Origin: Atractiella rhizophila
Lineage: Eukaryota
Direction: 5' to 3'
Assembly: GCA_021432655.1 (NCBI GenBank)
Contig: MU271232.1
Location: forward strand, 1-37,057
Length of the DNA: 37,057 nt
Shown: positions 1-15,068 of the stretch, one piece after another
Layout of the letters: each line of letters starts with the position of its first letter
Position numbering within the stretch: the first letter of the stretch is position 1
Notes under the pieces: model-generated
Database searches by the model: none
The model's input: only the letters and a program-made list of their open reading frames with translations
What the model was told of the DNA's origin: nothing
Position numbers and translations under genes: made by a program

Positions 1-475
1 GAGAATGGACTGGGTGGAAAATATACGCTTTGAATCGACATGCTTTGCCTCCAGAGCTGGGAAATGGCGAGTTTGTAATTTATGTTGCTTATCATGCCAA
101 TGTAGTTGACTGACAAGACGGAGCTGAATGATTTGGTGAGCGTTCTAGAAAATCGCGGAGTGCCAGCTATGGGATAATTAGAATATTATGATATAGCTAA
201 TTTAACACAAAGGGAACAATATTATATTCATGGATTAAATCCTATTAAGTGTAGTACTCTTCTAGGGTAAAATATTAACGTATGTTTGGCAAAAAAACAC
301 TAATAGTACTACAAATTACTTAACGCTATTTATGACAAAATCGTGCGCCTCCTCCTTTCGCCACTTGCGAACTTGCGCGTTTAGTTTCCTTCGAGCACTT
401 TCTGGAACTGTGGCCAATCTTTTGCCACAGGGATCTCTCTGTTATAAAAGCTTGTAAACCTGCAAGTGCGAGACT

Positions 476-566
476 TATACTCATTGTTATCTCGCACTTC
501 GCAGGTAATGTAGTTTCCTTACATACTAAATGCAACATATACTCATTGTTATCTCGCACTTCGCAG
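476..566. repeat. 29-bp perfect direct repeat (476-504, 538-566) overlapping a hairpin (458-506)
   Basis: TATACTCATTGTTATCTCGCACTTCGCAG occurs twice. ACCTGCAAGTGCGAGA (458-473) pairs with TCTCGCACTT(C)GCAGGT (490-506). Confidence 0.85.
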
Positions 567-1110
567 CGCTAATACATTTGTCAATTTAGACTAACCCTTT
601 CCAAGTTGGGTCAAACAAAATACCAACAAGAGCAACTTAATGGTAACTTCCTTGATAGAGACGTAAGAATGGTGCAAAGGCACCAATTAGCGCAAACTGC
701 CGGCGTCTTTACACTCGTTTTTTATGAGCGTTCTGCCATGCCTGCTTTCTCCCATTCTCGCCCACGTCGCTACTTGATGCAAAAGTCTTCCCTCCCAATT
801 TGAATTGAGGAGAAGACACACCGTTTCAGTAGTAACCAAAGTATTTGGCAGCTACATCACGCTTCTGCGTCTATTTCACTTTGCCTTTCAATCTGACGCT
901 CCGCACTCCCCCGGAGCTCCTCCAAGCTCAGCTATATTTGCTGTGCCTCTGCTACGTCCTACTTGCCCTTAGCTTCAACTGCAAGTATATCAATCCATGC
1001 TTGTCCGCCACTCCCAGCTTTGTCCGACCGCCACACTGAACAAGCAACGAAGCAACATCCTAACAAGTCTCTGCATCTTCAGAAGTTTATGACTTCGAAA
1101 TTGCCATAAT

Positions 1111-1881
1111 ATGGTATCAATGGACCACCCTGAACATTCGTTCGAGGATCGCCTCCGATATCTCGCTGAACTCGCAGAGCTTCACTCTACAATCACCTCT
1201 ATGGCCACTTCAATACTAGAGACTCGTCTTTCCAACCCTTTCCAACCTCTCCCTCCAACTGACACACGGGTCTTTCAAATTTCCAAGAAGTTTACAGAGC
1301 TAAAGATTGTCCTACGAGAGAACAATGCGACTGTGGCTGATACAAAGAAGGAGGTTGCTGCCGCGAGAACAGAGGTGGATAAGAGCGCTCTGAAACTTAG
1401 TAACTTAGAATATGAGAAGTCGCATTTAGAAAAGGAAATCAGGAAGTGCGAAGAATTTGAGTGCGTGTCTCTGTTATTTGTGCAAAAACAAAGGGAATTA
1501 ACGGTGCGCGGTGTGTGGATATAAAGGACAGAGTACGAAACGATACCTCTCCATTCTGTCGAGGAATTTCGGCAGCTCGCAGCGGAATCAGACCCGCCAC
1601 TTGAGGTTCCAGAGGATGAGCATGAATTGATGCTTGCACGCCTACGCTTCGAGCTAGCTGAGAGGAAACGCCTCGATTCCAGGCGAAAGCAGTTGTTAGT
1701 GGAGAAGACGAAGCTGATCAGGGAGAACGAAACCAAGAAGAAAAAGCTGGACGCGTTGGAGGGGAAATTGGATCAGTTTATCGAGGTCAGTCCTGTGCTC
1801 CACCATAGCTCAGTGCACTAATGTGTAAAATGGGCATAGTCAGCGCAAGCCATCCAGAAAGACATGGCTACTTTTCAGTAG
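1111..1881 (+). CDS. THOC5: THO complex subunit 5 (FmiP/Thoc5 family), short fungal form, 2 introns
   Basis: Spliced translation ...LSNLEYEKSHLEKEIRKCEEFE-TEYETIPLHSVEEF...EHELMLARLRFELAERKRL... matches the Thoc5 N-terminal motifs. Last exon 1840-1881 ends in TAG. Confidence 0.85.
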
Positions 1882-2257
1882 TGTACACATCCTTGGATTT
1901 TGTTGTTCTCAATATTCGTTCAAATGCATTCTTACTTTTCTGTTTACAACTTGAGATTTCGCGCCGAATATTCAGGGGAAGTTGGGGCATTAGTGATATA
2001 CTGATACCCTTCACAACACATTTCGATCGAGGAGATATCAAGGCATGGTAAAAATAGCGTCCCAATAGTTCTACTACCTGTCATGATGAAACAACATTCC
2101 TCTTCCATCATGACAGCTTGGCGAAGGTTTGGATCTGAGATTATACAGTTCGGCCCTTTAGGACGTCCAGCCAACAACAAGTGGCAACAGTTGCCAACGA
2201 CCAACTCGCTGCCCCCTGTCAGTAGATCAGTTTCGCAGCTGTCCTATTTTGGCTATC

Positions 2258-4426
<2,169 letters not shown>

Positions 4427-4839
4427 TGGGGTAATGTGGTTCGCCAAAACGGATTGGGGGAGATGAGGCGTGATCTGCTCAAAGGGTATATGGAATTCTA
4501 TATCTGCTTTACATTCATGACTCCAGATTTCTCGCCACTGGCTGCAATTTACACTGTGCCGTGAAACTGGAAACTCGCTGTGAATAATCCCTTAATTGCT
4601 TGCACATTGACACTCCTTTGAAGGAAAAGAAGTGGAGAATTGAGAACGCATTCACTATCGATTGCCAATTGCCACATGGAATCAGGTGATCAATGCCCAT
4701 CGGCTCCGCAACGGAAAAGTGAGCCCAAAAACTGATCAATCCTCTTTCCTCCTTTCAATCCTTAGCCCACTCCGCGTACTCCACTGTAATTCCTACAACT
4801 CTGAAATTACAGTATCTATTCCGCCGACCAAGGGACACA

Positions 4840-5055
4840 ATGTCTGCCGCTGGTAGTACAGCAGAGAAGATCCGTCAACGTATCCAGAAGCTCGAGGCTG
4901 AAGTCACGGAGCTGAAAGACGAAAACGAGCTCTTGAAGGACGAGATGAAAGCCGTGAGAAGGATCTTGATGGAGAATAAGGTGGACGATGGAAGGAAGTC
5001 ACTGAAACAGATCGCTGAAGCTTTGATGGAGGATATTAGGACTTTGACCTCTTGA
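4840..5055 (+). CDS. Small coiled-coil hypothetical protein (71 aa)
   Basis: ATG in good context (ACAATGT). Heptad pattern IQKLEAEVTELKDENELLKDEMKAV. No family recognised. Confidence 0.5.
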   Translation: MSAAGSTAEKIRQRIQKLEAEVTELKDENELLKDEMKAVRRILMENKVDDGRKSLKQIAEALMEDIRTLTS

Positions 5056-6154
5056 AGGGGCGAGAGGATTGTGAGTCCTTAATTCCATGTTCTTGAATGC
5101 TGTCCCAATGCGCCTGTTGCACAGCTGCTGATTTAGAGGAACGCTGCAAGGTCCATTGAGTGATCACGTGATGATTATACTTGAGTTGTTTGTTGTTGTT
5201 TTCTAGTGTTGAAGGAGGAAAGGACAAAGCATTCTGAATGTTATACCATCGTCGCACCGTTACTTTCGAGAATCAAGACGAGATAAGTAGACAATCAGAA
5301 GGCGGACGTGTTCCATGCTTCGCAAAAATCTCTGAAGTCTGAGTATGCCGAGCATATGCATCCCCACGTTCGTATTTCTAGGTTCACTGTCGGACGAGGT
5401 AACTCTGGAGGTAACTGACGTGATGCCCTCTTCATTTCGAGCTTTCCAAATGTAGGGACATATCACAGGAAAAACTGGATCCCATTGGATCCCACTGGGT
5501 CTGAACAAGCGCACGACAATCAAGGTTATATCGAACACACGGCACAGATTATCTTGCTCGCAAATGGGGTGCCTCCAGACCCCAGAAAATCGAATCGTCG
5601 TGTTCTGAGTCTCAGTTAGCATCATCACTCGTTTTTGCTAATCTTGCCTTCCATAGGCTCCAAATATCTATGATTTGTCGGTGCTTGCTCTATTTGCGAG
5701 AAGGTCAACCGCCGGACCTAGCCCACCTTGTTGTTGCTGTCCACCTCGTAGGGAAGGAAACCATTGGGTTCTTCCAATCTCCTCGAGAGGCACCTCAATC
5801 AAGGACAATAGCTGAGTCCTCTTTGGGTTCCATTCGAATTTTAAGATGTTTGTCATGGAATCGCAATGTCAAGTCTCCGAGATCGTGGCGATAATTTCTG
5901 TTGCAGAAGCTTCCGCTTCTTCGGATGCTGGCTGATTAGAAGTCGGCGAGCCACGCAAATCAGAATCAATGTAATCTCAATCCACAATTTCGGACGATGG
6001 TACGTAAAGAAGTCTTAACCTTAAAACGTGTCAGAATCCCTCAAAAGCGCCAATCTCATCTTCAGCCTCTCTTTCTCACCAGTAGCTCCAGAGGTGCGCC
6101 ACCTGCCAGAAAGGAGGCACAAGCTCTTGCCACATCATTCTTTACCCCATCATC

Positions 6155-7749
6155 ATGGCTAGGAAAGTATCAGCCAAACCTTCACGCGACGACGACACAT
6201 CGGGGACTGTCTTCAGAAAACGACGCGTCTCGAAGAACAAAGAGTACTACAAATCAGAAATGGAAGTACTCAAAGCTGTTCGACTGATTAAGAATCGCAA
6301 TACGCGCGGACCGTGGAGCAGTTCTGAAGATCAAGCACTTCTAGCAGTAGTGGCTCAGTATCAAGGTCGAGCTTGGGCTCGAGTTGCTTCTGAGCTGCGA
6401 TCGTCTTATAACGTTTTCAGGAGCGCGAAACAGTGTCGGTGAGCCTTACCATTTCCCTTTTTGTTTTCGAATATACTAAAAAGAATTTCAGGGAACGATA
6501 TGTCAACAATCTGTCACCGCACAGTGCGTAGTTTTGTAGGGTCATCCTGGGCTGAATAACTCTTTGCCTTAGTCGAAAAGAGACCTTGGACTCAGGATGA
6601 AGACTGGGCCATCATTAGAGGATGGCAGACGCTTGGGAGGTCGTGGTCAAAAATTGCTCGGATGCTGGAAGGCAGGTCGGACAACGACGTCAAAAATCGT
6701 TGGAATACGGTTCGTCTTTCTTTGTTATTTGACTTATATGTAATTCACGCTCACAAATGTATAGAAAATTACGAGGAACAACGGGGAGCATTACCGCAAC
6801 ATTCTCGAGCTCTTTAGCGATGACTCTAGCTCGCCAGCCGTCATTCCTTTCGCTGCAGTGCCCAATCCGGTTCTATATTCGTCTAGTGGAAGCGAACTCG
6901 ACGAGACTGTCCTGAGCGAGATTTCTTCTCCTCCTCTTTCTCCTCCAACGTCCAGTGTTCATTCCTTCCCTCCCACCGACCCAACCCATCACATGCCCTC
7001 CAGCTCTCCGGTCCTGATGGTGCAACCCAGTCAGCAATGTCTACAGATCCCACCTCTCTCTCAGACCGCCGAAGATCCACAGACCTACACTGCTCCGCCC
7101 GCCGATCATTACCTGTCCGAATCGGCTGCGACAGGATGTCAGCAGTTCCAATGGAGGCATATGCAGGAGGATAGGATTCAGACCGAAGTGACGCCTTACC
7201 CCACTTATGTTCCGCTTCAAAATCTCTCGCCAACTGGCTCTATTCCTTACTGGCAAAACGAGAGCGCGACGACGCATCAACGAAGCCACAGCGTCCCGCA
7301 ACCTGTCACACTCCAGGAATCTCAATGCTGGTCCAGTCCTCCTCAACCTCAGTACCCCCAAAGATTACTCTCCTCCTTCGTCGTTCCTGCCAATTCGTCA
7401 GGGATCAGGCGTTCAAACTCACTCCCACAAAACCTTTATCATCACGAAGTTTCTCCGTCGGTAGTGAGTCCTCCTTCCCATTTTGAAATATTTGTTAACT
7501 TCATTCGTACAGCAATACGTTCAATCAGAACCACTTGGACAACCTTACGCCCAAACTGGACAGGCCGTGGCGTCCCCCATCCTTCCTACGCTCGCTCCTA
7601 CGATGGTATATGACTATCCTCCTCCTGCGAGTTCGACTGCGCCAATGATGACTGGCACGGAAGACGAGATTGCGACCTATCTTAGCATGGACGAGGTGGT
7701 CGGATTCGTCGGCTTCAATCAGTGCTACGAGAACTTGGTTCCCTGTTGA
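6155..7749 (+). CDS. Two-repeat Myb transcription factor (FlbD/c-Myb-like) with Pro/Ser/Gln-rich C-terminus
   Basis: Spliced: RGPWSSSEDQALL...WARVA...RSAKQCRERYVNNLSPHIEKRPWTQDEDWAII...WSKIARMLEGRSDNDVKNRWNT. The 3' exon structure is less certain. Confidence 0.9.
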
Positions 7750-7947
7750 CGGATCTACACCAACTTGACATTTCGGTTTCATTTCGATCTTTCCCTCGAA
7801 CAATGGTGGTCAACGATCAAGGAGTCTCCCTCCATAGACCAATACCTTCGTGTACTGGCGCAGAATCTTTCGCTTCAAGGTTCACCTCAAGTTTCCATAC
7901 GAACTTCATTTCACGCTTCTCCTCTTTCTATCACTTACAAAATAAAG

Positions 7948-7972
7948 NNNNNNNNNNNNNNNNNNNNNNNNN
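7948..7972. other. Assembly gap (25 N)
   Basis: Run of 25 N. Confidence 1.
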
Positions 7973-9240
7973 GATTTGGCTACTATCGTGTAGCTTTTGG
8001 TTCTTTACTCTCCTTCAAGTTGCTTTTCAATCTTTGGTCGCCTGTCTGTTGATGGTAGCATAGGTAAAAGAATTGTGTGATGTTGTTCTCAACTCGCTTT
8101 CGCTTGGGCTCAAATAAAGATGTCTATTACACTATGTATTGTTCCATTGTCTCAAAATGTCGGGAATATCATTCTTCGTCTTCAACCCATCCATGCTATC
8201 CCTACCTCACGTTTCGTCGATGATCCCCCTCTCCCTTCCCAACCTTGGCCCGCTTCAGACTACACAATTGGAAGAACACCCATGGAATCTCAAGGGATGG
8301 GGCAGGATTCTAACTCCAGAATTTGGGGGTGCTTAACCCCATCATGATCAGCGGTGCCATCACCAGGTGTGACCATGGTGGGGCGATTCATATAACGCAC
8401 CATGGAAGTTTATGCGAGATTGTTCGAGAAAATATCATGGTCAGTCTGTCCTGTGTTCTTCCCATGTCAGCTCGTCATCCCACTCCTCGCGACGACTGAG
8501 CTTGCAACCATCGCTTGTGCAATATTCAGCTCGATTCGAAGATGTAGGAAGGCTTCAAGAAAGTTGCAGGAGGAAGGAGGCGTCGCCTCGTTCGTCCTGT
8601 CACCATCAGGATACCTCTGTCAAACCACCTCAAACACCTCATCATTGCTTTCTGTTATGAGCTAGCTAGGCACACATTTCCATTCTTCTGCTTGCTTCTG
8701 TGTTTCCAAAGCTTCGCGGAGCTGTCAAATTAATCCAGAATTTGATCGTCATGGAAGACAGGAAAGAGGTCTATACCCGAGTTTTGGTTCTGTGCTTTCG
8801 GAGAGATAAGAGGTAAAAAGTACTTCATTGAATCAGAATGAATCCAAATCTGGCGTTTTCCCACCTTGTCTTGACCTTGAGCAAGAATGTCCCCATCCGA
8901 AGGGAGAGGTAGAGGGATTGTCGCAGATGGACATGTAGTGTGTGCAGGAACAAACAGATAGGAATGCGGCGTGTGGTGGCGATAAAGTGGCAACGACATC
9001 TTCGATGCTTTTATAACTGAAGACAATGTGAGAAAGCGAGCTACCATACTCATAGTTATTCTACCCGTTCTCTAAATGAGAACTTGATTGAGAGGATGGT
9101 GACAATGCTGAAAGGCGAAGCAACAGAACAGGAACGGCGCAAAAATGCGCAAGGTAAATGAGCAATGAAAGTTTGAGAATCAAATAAAACCACTGGCTAG
9201 AGAGTTAGAGCTGAGGAAGCAGGCGGTGAGTGCCAAATGC

Positions 9241-9804
9241 TCACCTCTGAAGATTGACATGCATGGTCAGATCACGCTTCACTAGCTTTTGCTGGCGCTT
9301 CTGACGGTCGTGGTCTTCGAAGATGATATCCAAAAGTTGTTTCAGCCTGAGGGTATCCGTAATAAAGGAAGTCAGCTCCTCTCCGTCCTCCACATCAATA
9401 CTGTGCCTGCTCCTCAACCGGTTGAACACTTCCAAGCCTTCTGTAGCCTCTTTGGTCAAAGCAGATTGCTCCAATCTAGTTTTGTATGACGGCCAATTTC
9501 TAACCACTTCTGCGAACTCGTCTCTCTTTCTGGTGTACTCCCCATTTAGCTGTTCGTCCGGAGGAGATAAAAGTGACACTTCTTCTGAGGGAAGTGAAGG
9601 AAACGATCGTCTTCGAAACCGACGAATAATGGACTTTGAGAAGTTACGAGCAGTCGAGGACAACGTAGGCTTGATGTTCCTCGTTGCGTCATCGACAACA
9701 TTATTGTGGAAACTGGCCGATCGAGAATGTAAAGGTGGTGCTGAGCCCAAGCGGTGTGCACGATCTTTCGATGGTGAAGAGAATAAGCCCGCAGGAGCTA
9801 CCAT
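9241..9804 (-). CDS. Hypothetical protein (about 187 aa), possibly with a short final exon
   Basis: Open frame from ATG 9804 (MVAPAGLFSSPSK...) with a helical charged C-terminal half. No family recognised. Confidence 0.45.
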   Translation of the reverse strand: MVAPAGLFSSPSKDRAHRLGSAPPLHSRSASFHNNVVDDATRNIKPTLSSTARNFSKSIIRRFRRRSFPSLPSEEVSLLSPPDEQLNGEYTRKRDEFAEVVRNWPSYKTRLEQSALTKEATEGLEVFNRLRSRHSIDVEDGEELTSFITDTLRLKQLLDIIFEDHDRQKRQQKLVKRDLTMHVNLQR

Positions 9805-11006
9805 GGCAGAGACGATTGTGGATGACCTTCTCACGCCTGTCTGCGGCTTATATGCTGCTGTACAATATCGCACCTCTAACCTCATTCCTTGACATTGCCA
9901 TCGCGACTCAAAGGTTGAAGATGGATTTGATTTGTTCCATCATAGATACCCTTCATGAGTCTTGATAGCTTGATCCTTGTCTATGCATTCAACAACTGAA
10001 AACAGTTCTAATGATGAAATAACACCAGAGTTTGGTAGTCTTTGCTCAAGACCACCTCATAATATGAACTATGAGAAAAAAATTGTACCTTCCTTTGACT
10101 ATGTCAAGGTATGGAAAGAACGAAGGACTGCGAAATATGGCATGGCCTGGACTCATTCTCAAGGACTTCTAAGCAGAGTATTGCTAATAGCATTCTATCA
10201 TCGTACTCACAACCGTTAATCGCCTCTAGTTACTGAGAAGGTGTACAAAGCAGTTGACACGATACATCTCGCCCGTGATTCGATTCTTGTATTCTTTTTC
10301 CATCATCAGATTCTTGGCGGAGGCAGAAACAACAAAGGGATTGGTGGAGGAGTGAACATCCTGCGACATAACAGGGCCTGCAGCGAAGGAAGAGGTAAGA
10401 CGAGATAGAAGCAGAAGCAGATTTGCCAAACGGAGAAGGCATGCTTGCACGACGGCCGTTTAAAGCTGTTATAGGATTGGCATGTCTCACAGTTTGGTCC
10501 CATGCACTATCGGCCGCACATCTGTCGAGAAGAAATATGGTACTGCCTGATTTCTCTCCTACTGATGGCAGTGGCAGTGGTTTATCCAGAACTGTGGTGG
10601 ATTGATAGGGTGAAGTCAAGTTAGGGACGGGCATTGAAGGACTTCCAAAAAACACGCCTACTAGCCACGAAGAAGGCCAGAAATAAAGATTTGAGCGTGT
10701 ACTGACTGCTAATTCATGAAACGTCGAGCTCTCTCTAGGTCAGACTCAATACGGATTGTTATAATCTCGTATCCTGTCATAGCGTGTAAATCCAACTCTC
10801 GAAAAACTCAAACGCGCAAAAATCTGATTGCGACACAGAAATTTTGGATGTTAGAGGAGAAGGCCAGAATGTTGACGATACTTGTCTGGGGCAAGATAAT
10901 GCCCAAGAAATAGCTGGAGGAAGGAGAGATCTCTGTGAATAGTGGGTTCTCTGAGTTGCGCAGCATATACTTCGTAAAGTCACAATAGCATCGAGACGCA
11001 CCCGAA

Positions 11007-11610
11007 NNNNNNNNNNNNNNNNNNNNNNNNNNNNNNNNNNNNNNNNNNNNNNNNNNNNNNNNNNNNNNNNNNNNNNNNNNNNNNNNNNNNNNNNNNNNNN
11101 NNNNNNNNNNNNNNNNNNNNNNNNNNNNNNNNNNNNNNNNNNNNNNNNNNNNNNNNNNNNNNNNNNNNNNNNNNNNNNNNNNNNNNNNNNNNNNNNNNNN
11201 NNNNNNNNNNNNNNNNNNNNNNNNNNNNNNNNNNNNNNNNNNNNNNNNNNNNNNNNNNNNNNNNNNNNNNNNNNNNNNNNNNNNNNNNNNNNNNNNNNNN
11301 NNNNNNNNNNNNNNNNNNNNNNNNNNNNNNNNNNNNNNNNNNNNNNNNNNNNNNNNNNNNNNNNNNNNNNNNNNNNNNNNNNNNNNNNNNNNNNNNNNNN
11401 NNNNNNNNNNNNNNNNNNNNNNNNNNNNNNNNNNNNNNNNNNNNNNNNNNNNNNNNNNNNNNNNNNNNNNNNNNNNNNNNNNNNNNNNNNNNNNNNNNNN
11501 NNNNNNNNNNNNNNNNNNNNNNNNNNNNNNNNNNNNNNNNNNNNNNNNNNNNNNNNNNNNNNNNNNNNNNNNNNNNNNNNNNNNNNNNNNNNNNNNNNNN
11601 NNNNNNNNNN
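11007..11610. other. Assembly gap (604 N)
   Basis: Run of N. Confidence 1.
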
Positions 11611-12475
11611 AACCTTACAAACCCAAGAGCTAACAGAGTACCACCGTTCTTGACCACATTTTGGATCGAACACGAAGAAAAGGAAAGCGACCGAAAATAC
11701 GATTCACCCCATATCACTGCTTCTCCTGTACAACTCTAAGAGAGGATCCCGCTCCTACAGGGGAGTACCTAGAGCACGGGGATGAGTATTGTACAGGAAG
11801 TGGACTTAAGGGTCGATAGTTTCCTGTTCTTCTTCCTACATGCAAGTCACTATTAGGGTACCGACTTATGACTCCGCTACAGTCTAAAGACCTGGACACA
11901 GTGAGGAAAGGACTCTCTTTAACCGACATTCAACCGCAAAAATAAGCTTTCCGAGAGCTTATTCGCTCCTATAGTATCAGTAACCACATGCTTAACCCCT
12001 GAAGTGCCGGGGCGCTCGGGAGGCTGAAGGAAAAGTCCCTGCTGGTTAAATACCTATATTAAAGGAGCTAGATGAAGGAGGTTGAGAGGGAAGGTATGGA
12101 GCTTGGTCGAAATGAGTCCTAGCTTGTACTTAAAGAGTTGTATAAGGGTTGGTTACGCGAAATAAAATAAAGCGAGTAGAGGTAACGAACCCGCTTGCTT
12201 TAGAAGTAGGAATTTTCAGAGGAAGTCGTTGCTCTTCGGCTATCACAGGGACTGGACCTTTTCGTCTTCTTTGAGCGGGCTCAGCGAGGTAACCATTTAG
12301 TCGATCGCAGTATACGACGTGCCAGATAGCGGATACATAAAGTACATCCGTTGAGGGCATAGTAGGACGTAGTTGTGATTAGAAAGCGGAGTATCGCTAA
12401 CGCTTTCGAACCATTTTTGAACCGAAGAAAGTGTAGGGAACGACGGTACTAGGGAGTTGAGGGGTACGAACGTGT
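11611..12475. other. Reversed-not-complemented block A (right boundary +/-10 nt)
   Basis: The complement read left to right gives introns (GTACGT..CAG, GTAAGT..TAG, GTAGGC..CTAAT..TAG) and a ~100-aa open exon (FRDDQFMDIISSIYFLQLSLPYLEPALLRIEHEF...). Confidence 0.88.
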
Positions 12476-14046
12476 AAGGAAGCGCGATGCTCGATAGGAT
12501 CATCTTTTCTCTTTGCCATGGGGTGTCAGGATGGAAGGATGGAAGCAGGGACACAACAGAAAACATACCCTGAAATCGATCGGTAAGGATTCATTCTGAT
12601 CAGTGAGGATTCGAATGTGCTCCAACATTGTCTTGCAGTAAATGCGTCCTTGGACTGCCCGATCCTCATCTACATCTGCATCAGTCCCGCTCACGAGTTC
12701 AAATACTGAAGCAGCGTACTTGTTAAGCCCTGATAAAGGAGCAAGAGGCTGGCGATACTTTCCGGGCTGGGGCTTCGAATTGTTCCTTTGGCATCTGCTA
12801 TAGCCATGGCCCGTGCAAACAACTTCCGATTAATAGCTGTACCCATCCGATGAGCTTACGTTAGTGGTTGAGGGCCGCACTTACTCCGCCTTAACTTTCC
12901 CATGTCAGAATAGGCATTCAGTGCATCCTCGCTATCCAAGGCGTCGAATTGCCCGGAAACGTTACCAGGACTATGCGGGAGAGTTTGACCCCGGAGCAGA
13001 AGAGGATGGTCAGATAGGATGGCTCCTTTCACCAAAAGAAATGCGCAAAGAACCTATCATTCATTGATTAGATAGGCAGTCCTCCTTCTCGCCAAATTTC
13101 AGACGTACTTCTTCCTGTTCTGCCATTTGATTCGGTTTTCTTCCCGCTGCCTCAAATTTGGCTCGGAAGTCTTGCCACTTTGCCAACACTTCACATTTCG
13201 TCACTCCTGCGATTCAAAATCACTTACTTCGATTGGTTGCAATTGCACCCATCCCTTCGTTAGGTGTCATCGTTAGATATCCTCGCCTGTCGGACGATCA
13301 GAACCTACATTGCTGAAATACACTGATCACATCGTGAGGACGAGCTTGAGTCACAAGCATGGAGAAGCGCACATTCCATTAAATGGAGAGCGAGGGAGCT
13401 TTCCATTTCGGAATCTCCGAGTCTGGAATTTGTCGAGCTTGGGAGGGCGTTGAGATGTCTAGGATCTTGCTTAGAGTTGTTTGACCGTTGTGACTGAGAT
13501 CCAGCTTTTCCGAACGTCGCACTTGAACCAAATTACTGAGGAGTACTCCTTGAACGCATGACCTACCGAGCTTTCGCGATAATTGAACCGTCCCTGTTCT
13601 TCCTTACAAACTACCTTATGAAAATATCGATGGAGTGAAAGCATAGCAGGCGCACCATTTTACGACGGGGGTTCACCTGCTGGAGCATCGTGCATCTAGT
13701 TGAAACATCAGAACAGTTTGTCATTTAGAATGGTGTCCATGGACGGGCACGACTACTTCGTGAACTAGGGTAACACACCTTATTCCCTTATTTAGACATT
13801 GTTTACAACTGTCATTGGTAACTGGTTCTCGAACACATTTCTGTGGACACCTTTAATCCCAACGCGAGAAAAAAAAGGTGGTACGCACGACTCTTCGCAT
13901 GCTATCAACACCAAGTCAAATCTTGAGAGAAGGGAGGTAGGGATGAGGGAAGTGGCGCACCGGCAACTATCACAACTTCTTAGTTTCTGAGTTGGTGGTG
14001 GAGAAGGGGACGAGGACGATGTGTGAGACGACGTGTGAGGGTCCAT
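11611..14046 (-). CDS. Zn2Cys6 fungal transcription factor with middle-homology-like region; part 11611-~12475 is stored reversed; 3' end probably lost in the gap
   Basis: Spliced CDSCR-MRRV-KCVREPVTNDSCKQCLNKGIR-C, including a 13-nt micro-exon at 13889-13901. ...RKDDPIEHRA(SF) at about 12480 continues as WNVWVLDCLMVARTGVKPS in the plain complement of 11611 onward. Confidence 0.8.
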
Positions 14047-15068
14047 GGCTGTTTCCTGTCAAAGCTAAATTTAACTTGAAGTTCTTGAACTCGAGTACAG
14101 TATGCTCTGTTTGTGAGAGATTACGAAAGGTGGACGGGTGTGTGCGCAAATACGCTGTTGGACAAATTTGGAAGTCTCTTATACGAGGACCGTCGGCCTT
14201 GATGTGTATTTCATAGTAAACGAGTAATTACCAAAGTAAAAGAGACAATTTGATTATGGTCGTAATAAGCAATGGTAGATGGACTCGACTTTGTCATATG
14301 ATGATCCTGTGAGCGTAGATCATGCTAGGACTGAGCTTCTCAAATTGAAATGGATGGTCGATCCTTCGGTGTTTTTGAGATTATATGTTGGACCACTATC
14401 CTTTGTTTCTGCGTAATGGTAGCACAGGTCCTAAGGTCCATAAGAACGCAATTGAGCTGCGAAGGAACACTCTTCATGACATGACAAGTAGTCTGTGGGA
14501 TGGTAAGGAAAAGCGTGACGGTGTCTATCTTAGCTAGAAAACCTTTTCTACTGCCGAAAATAGCATTTCGTCTTTTCGACAAAAGGGAGTGAAGGTAAGA
14601 GTGCCTCGGGTACAGAGCAACAGTGAGTCGTGCTTTCACAGTCGACGGCGACGACATTTTGCTGCTACGAACGTGAACCTTTGGCTCCCTGCAAAGGAGA
14701 ATCGGAGACATGAACAATGATCACTGAATGTTTACTACTTGGAGAGCCTAGACAGCATGAATCTAGGTTCTGCAACTGAGCCAGGGTAAGGATGGAGAGA
14801 AGATAAAGCACGTCGAGCAGCTCAAAGCATAGGCCACGCACCTGATCAATAACTAGATAAACCACAAAGCGCTAAATGGGCCTTCCGCTTTGCCTAACAA
14901 GTCGCTAGCACACAATTCACAAAGTCAGTGTTCGAAGTAATCAACGCGTTGAGGTGCGGTTGGCTGGATTTGGGAATAGCCCCCTGAGGTAAGTGGAGCC
15001 CCTTAGCAATCATTTGCCACCTACACCAGACATTGAGCCGAACAATCCTTATTCGAGCTGGGTCTCTA

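Noticed and set aside
476..566. CRISPR-like repeat-spacer-repeat (29-bp repeats, 33-bp spacer)
   Set aside because: Only two units, eukaryotic context and no cas genes.
7750..8110. Possible fourth reversed block beside the 25-N gap at 7948-7972
   Set aside because: No mirror match or hidden gene was found by eye, and the dinucleotide signal is ambiguous. It needs read mapping.
5260..10655. ORFs 5260-5628, 8730-9053 and 10230-10655
   Set aside because: No recognisable domain or supported splice structure.
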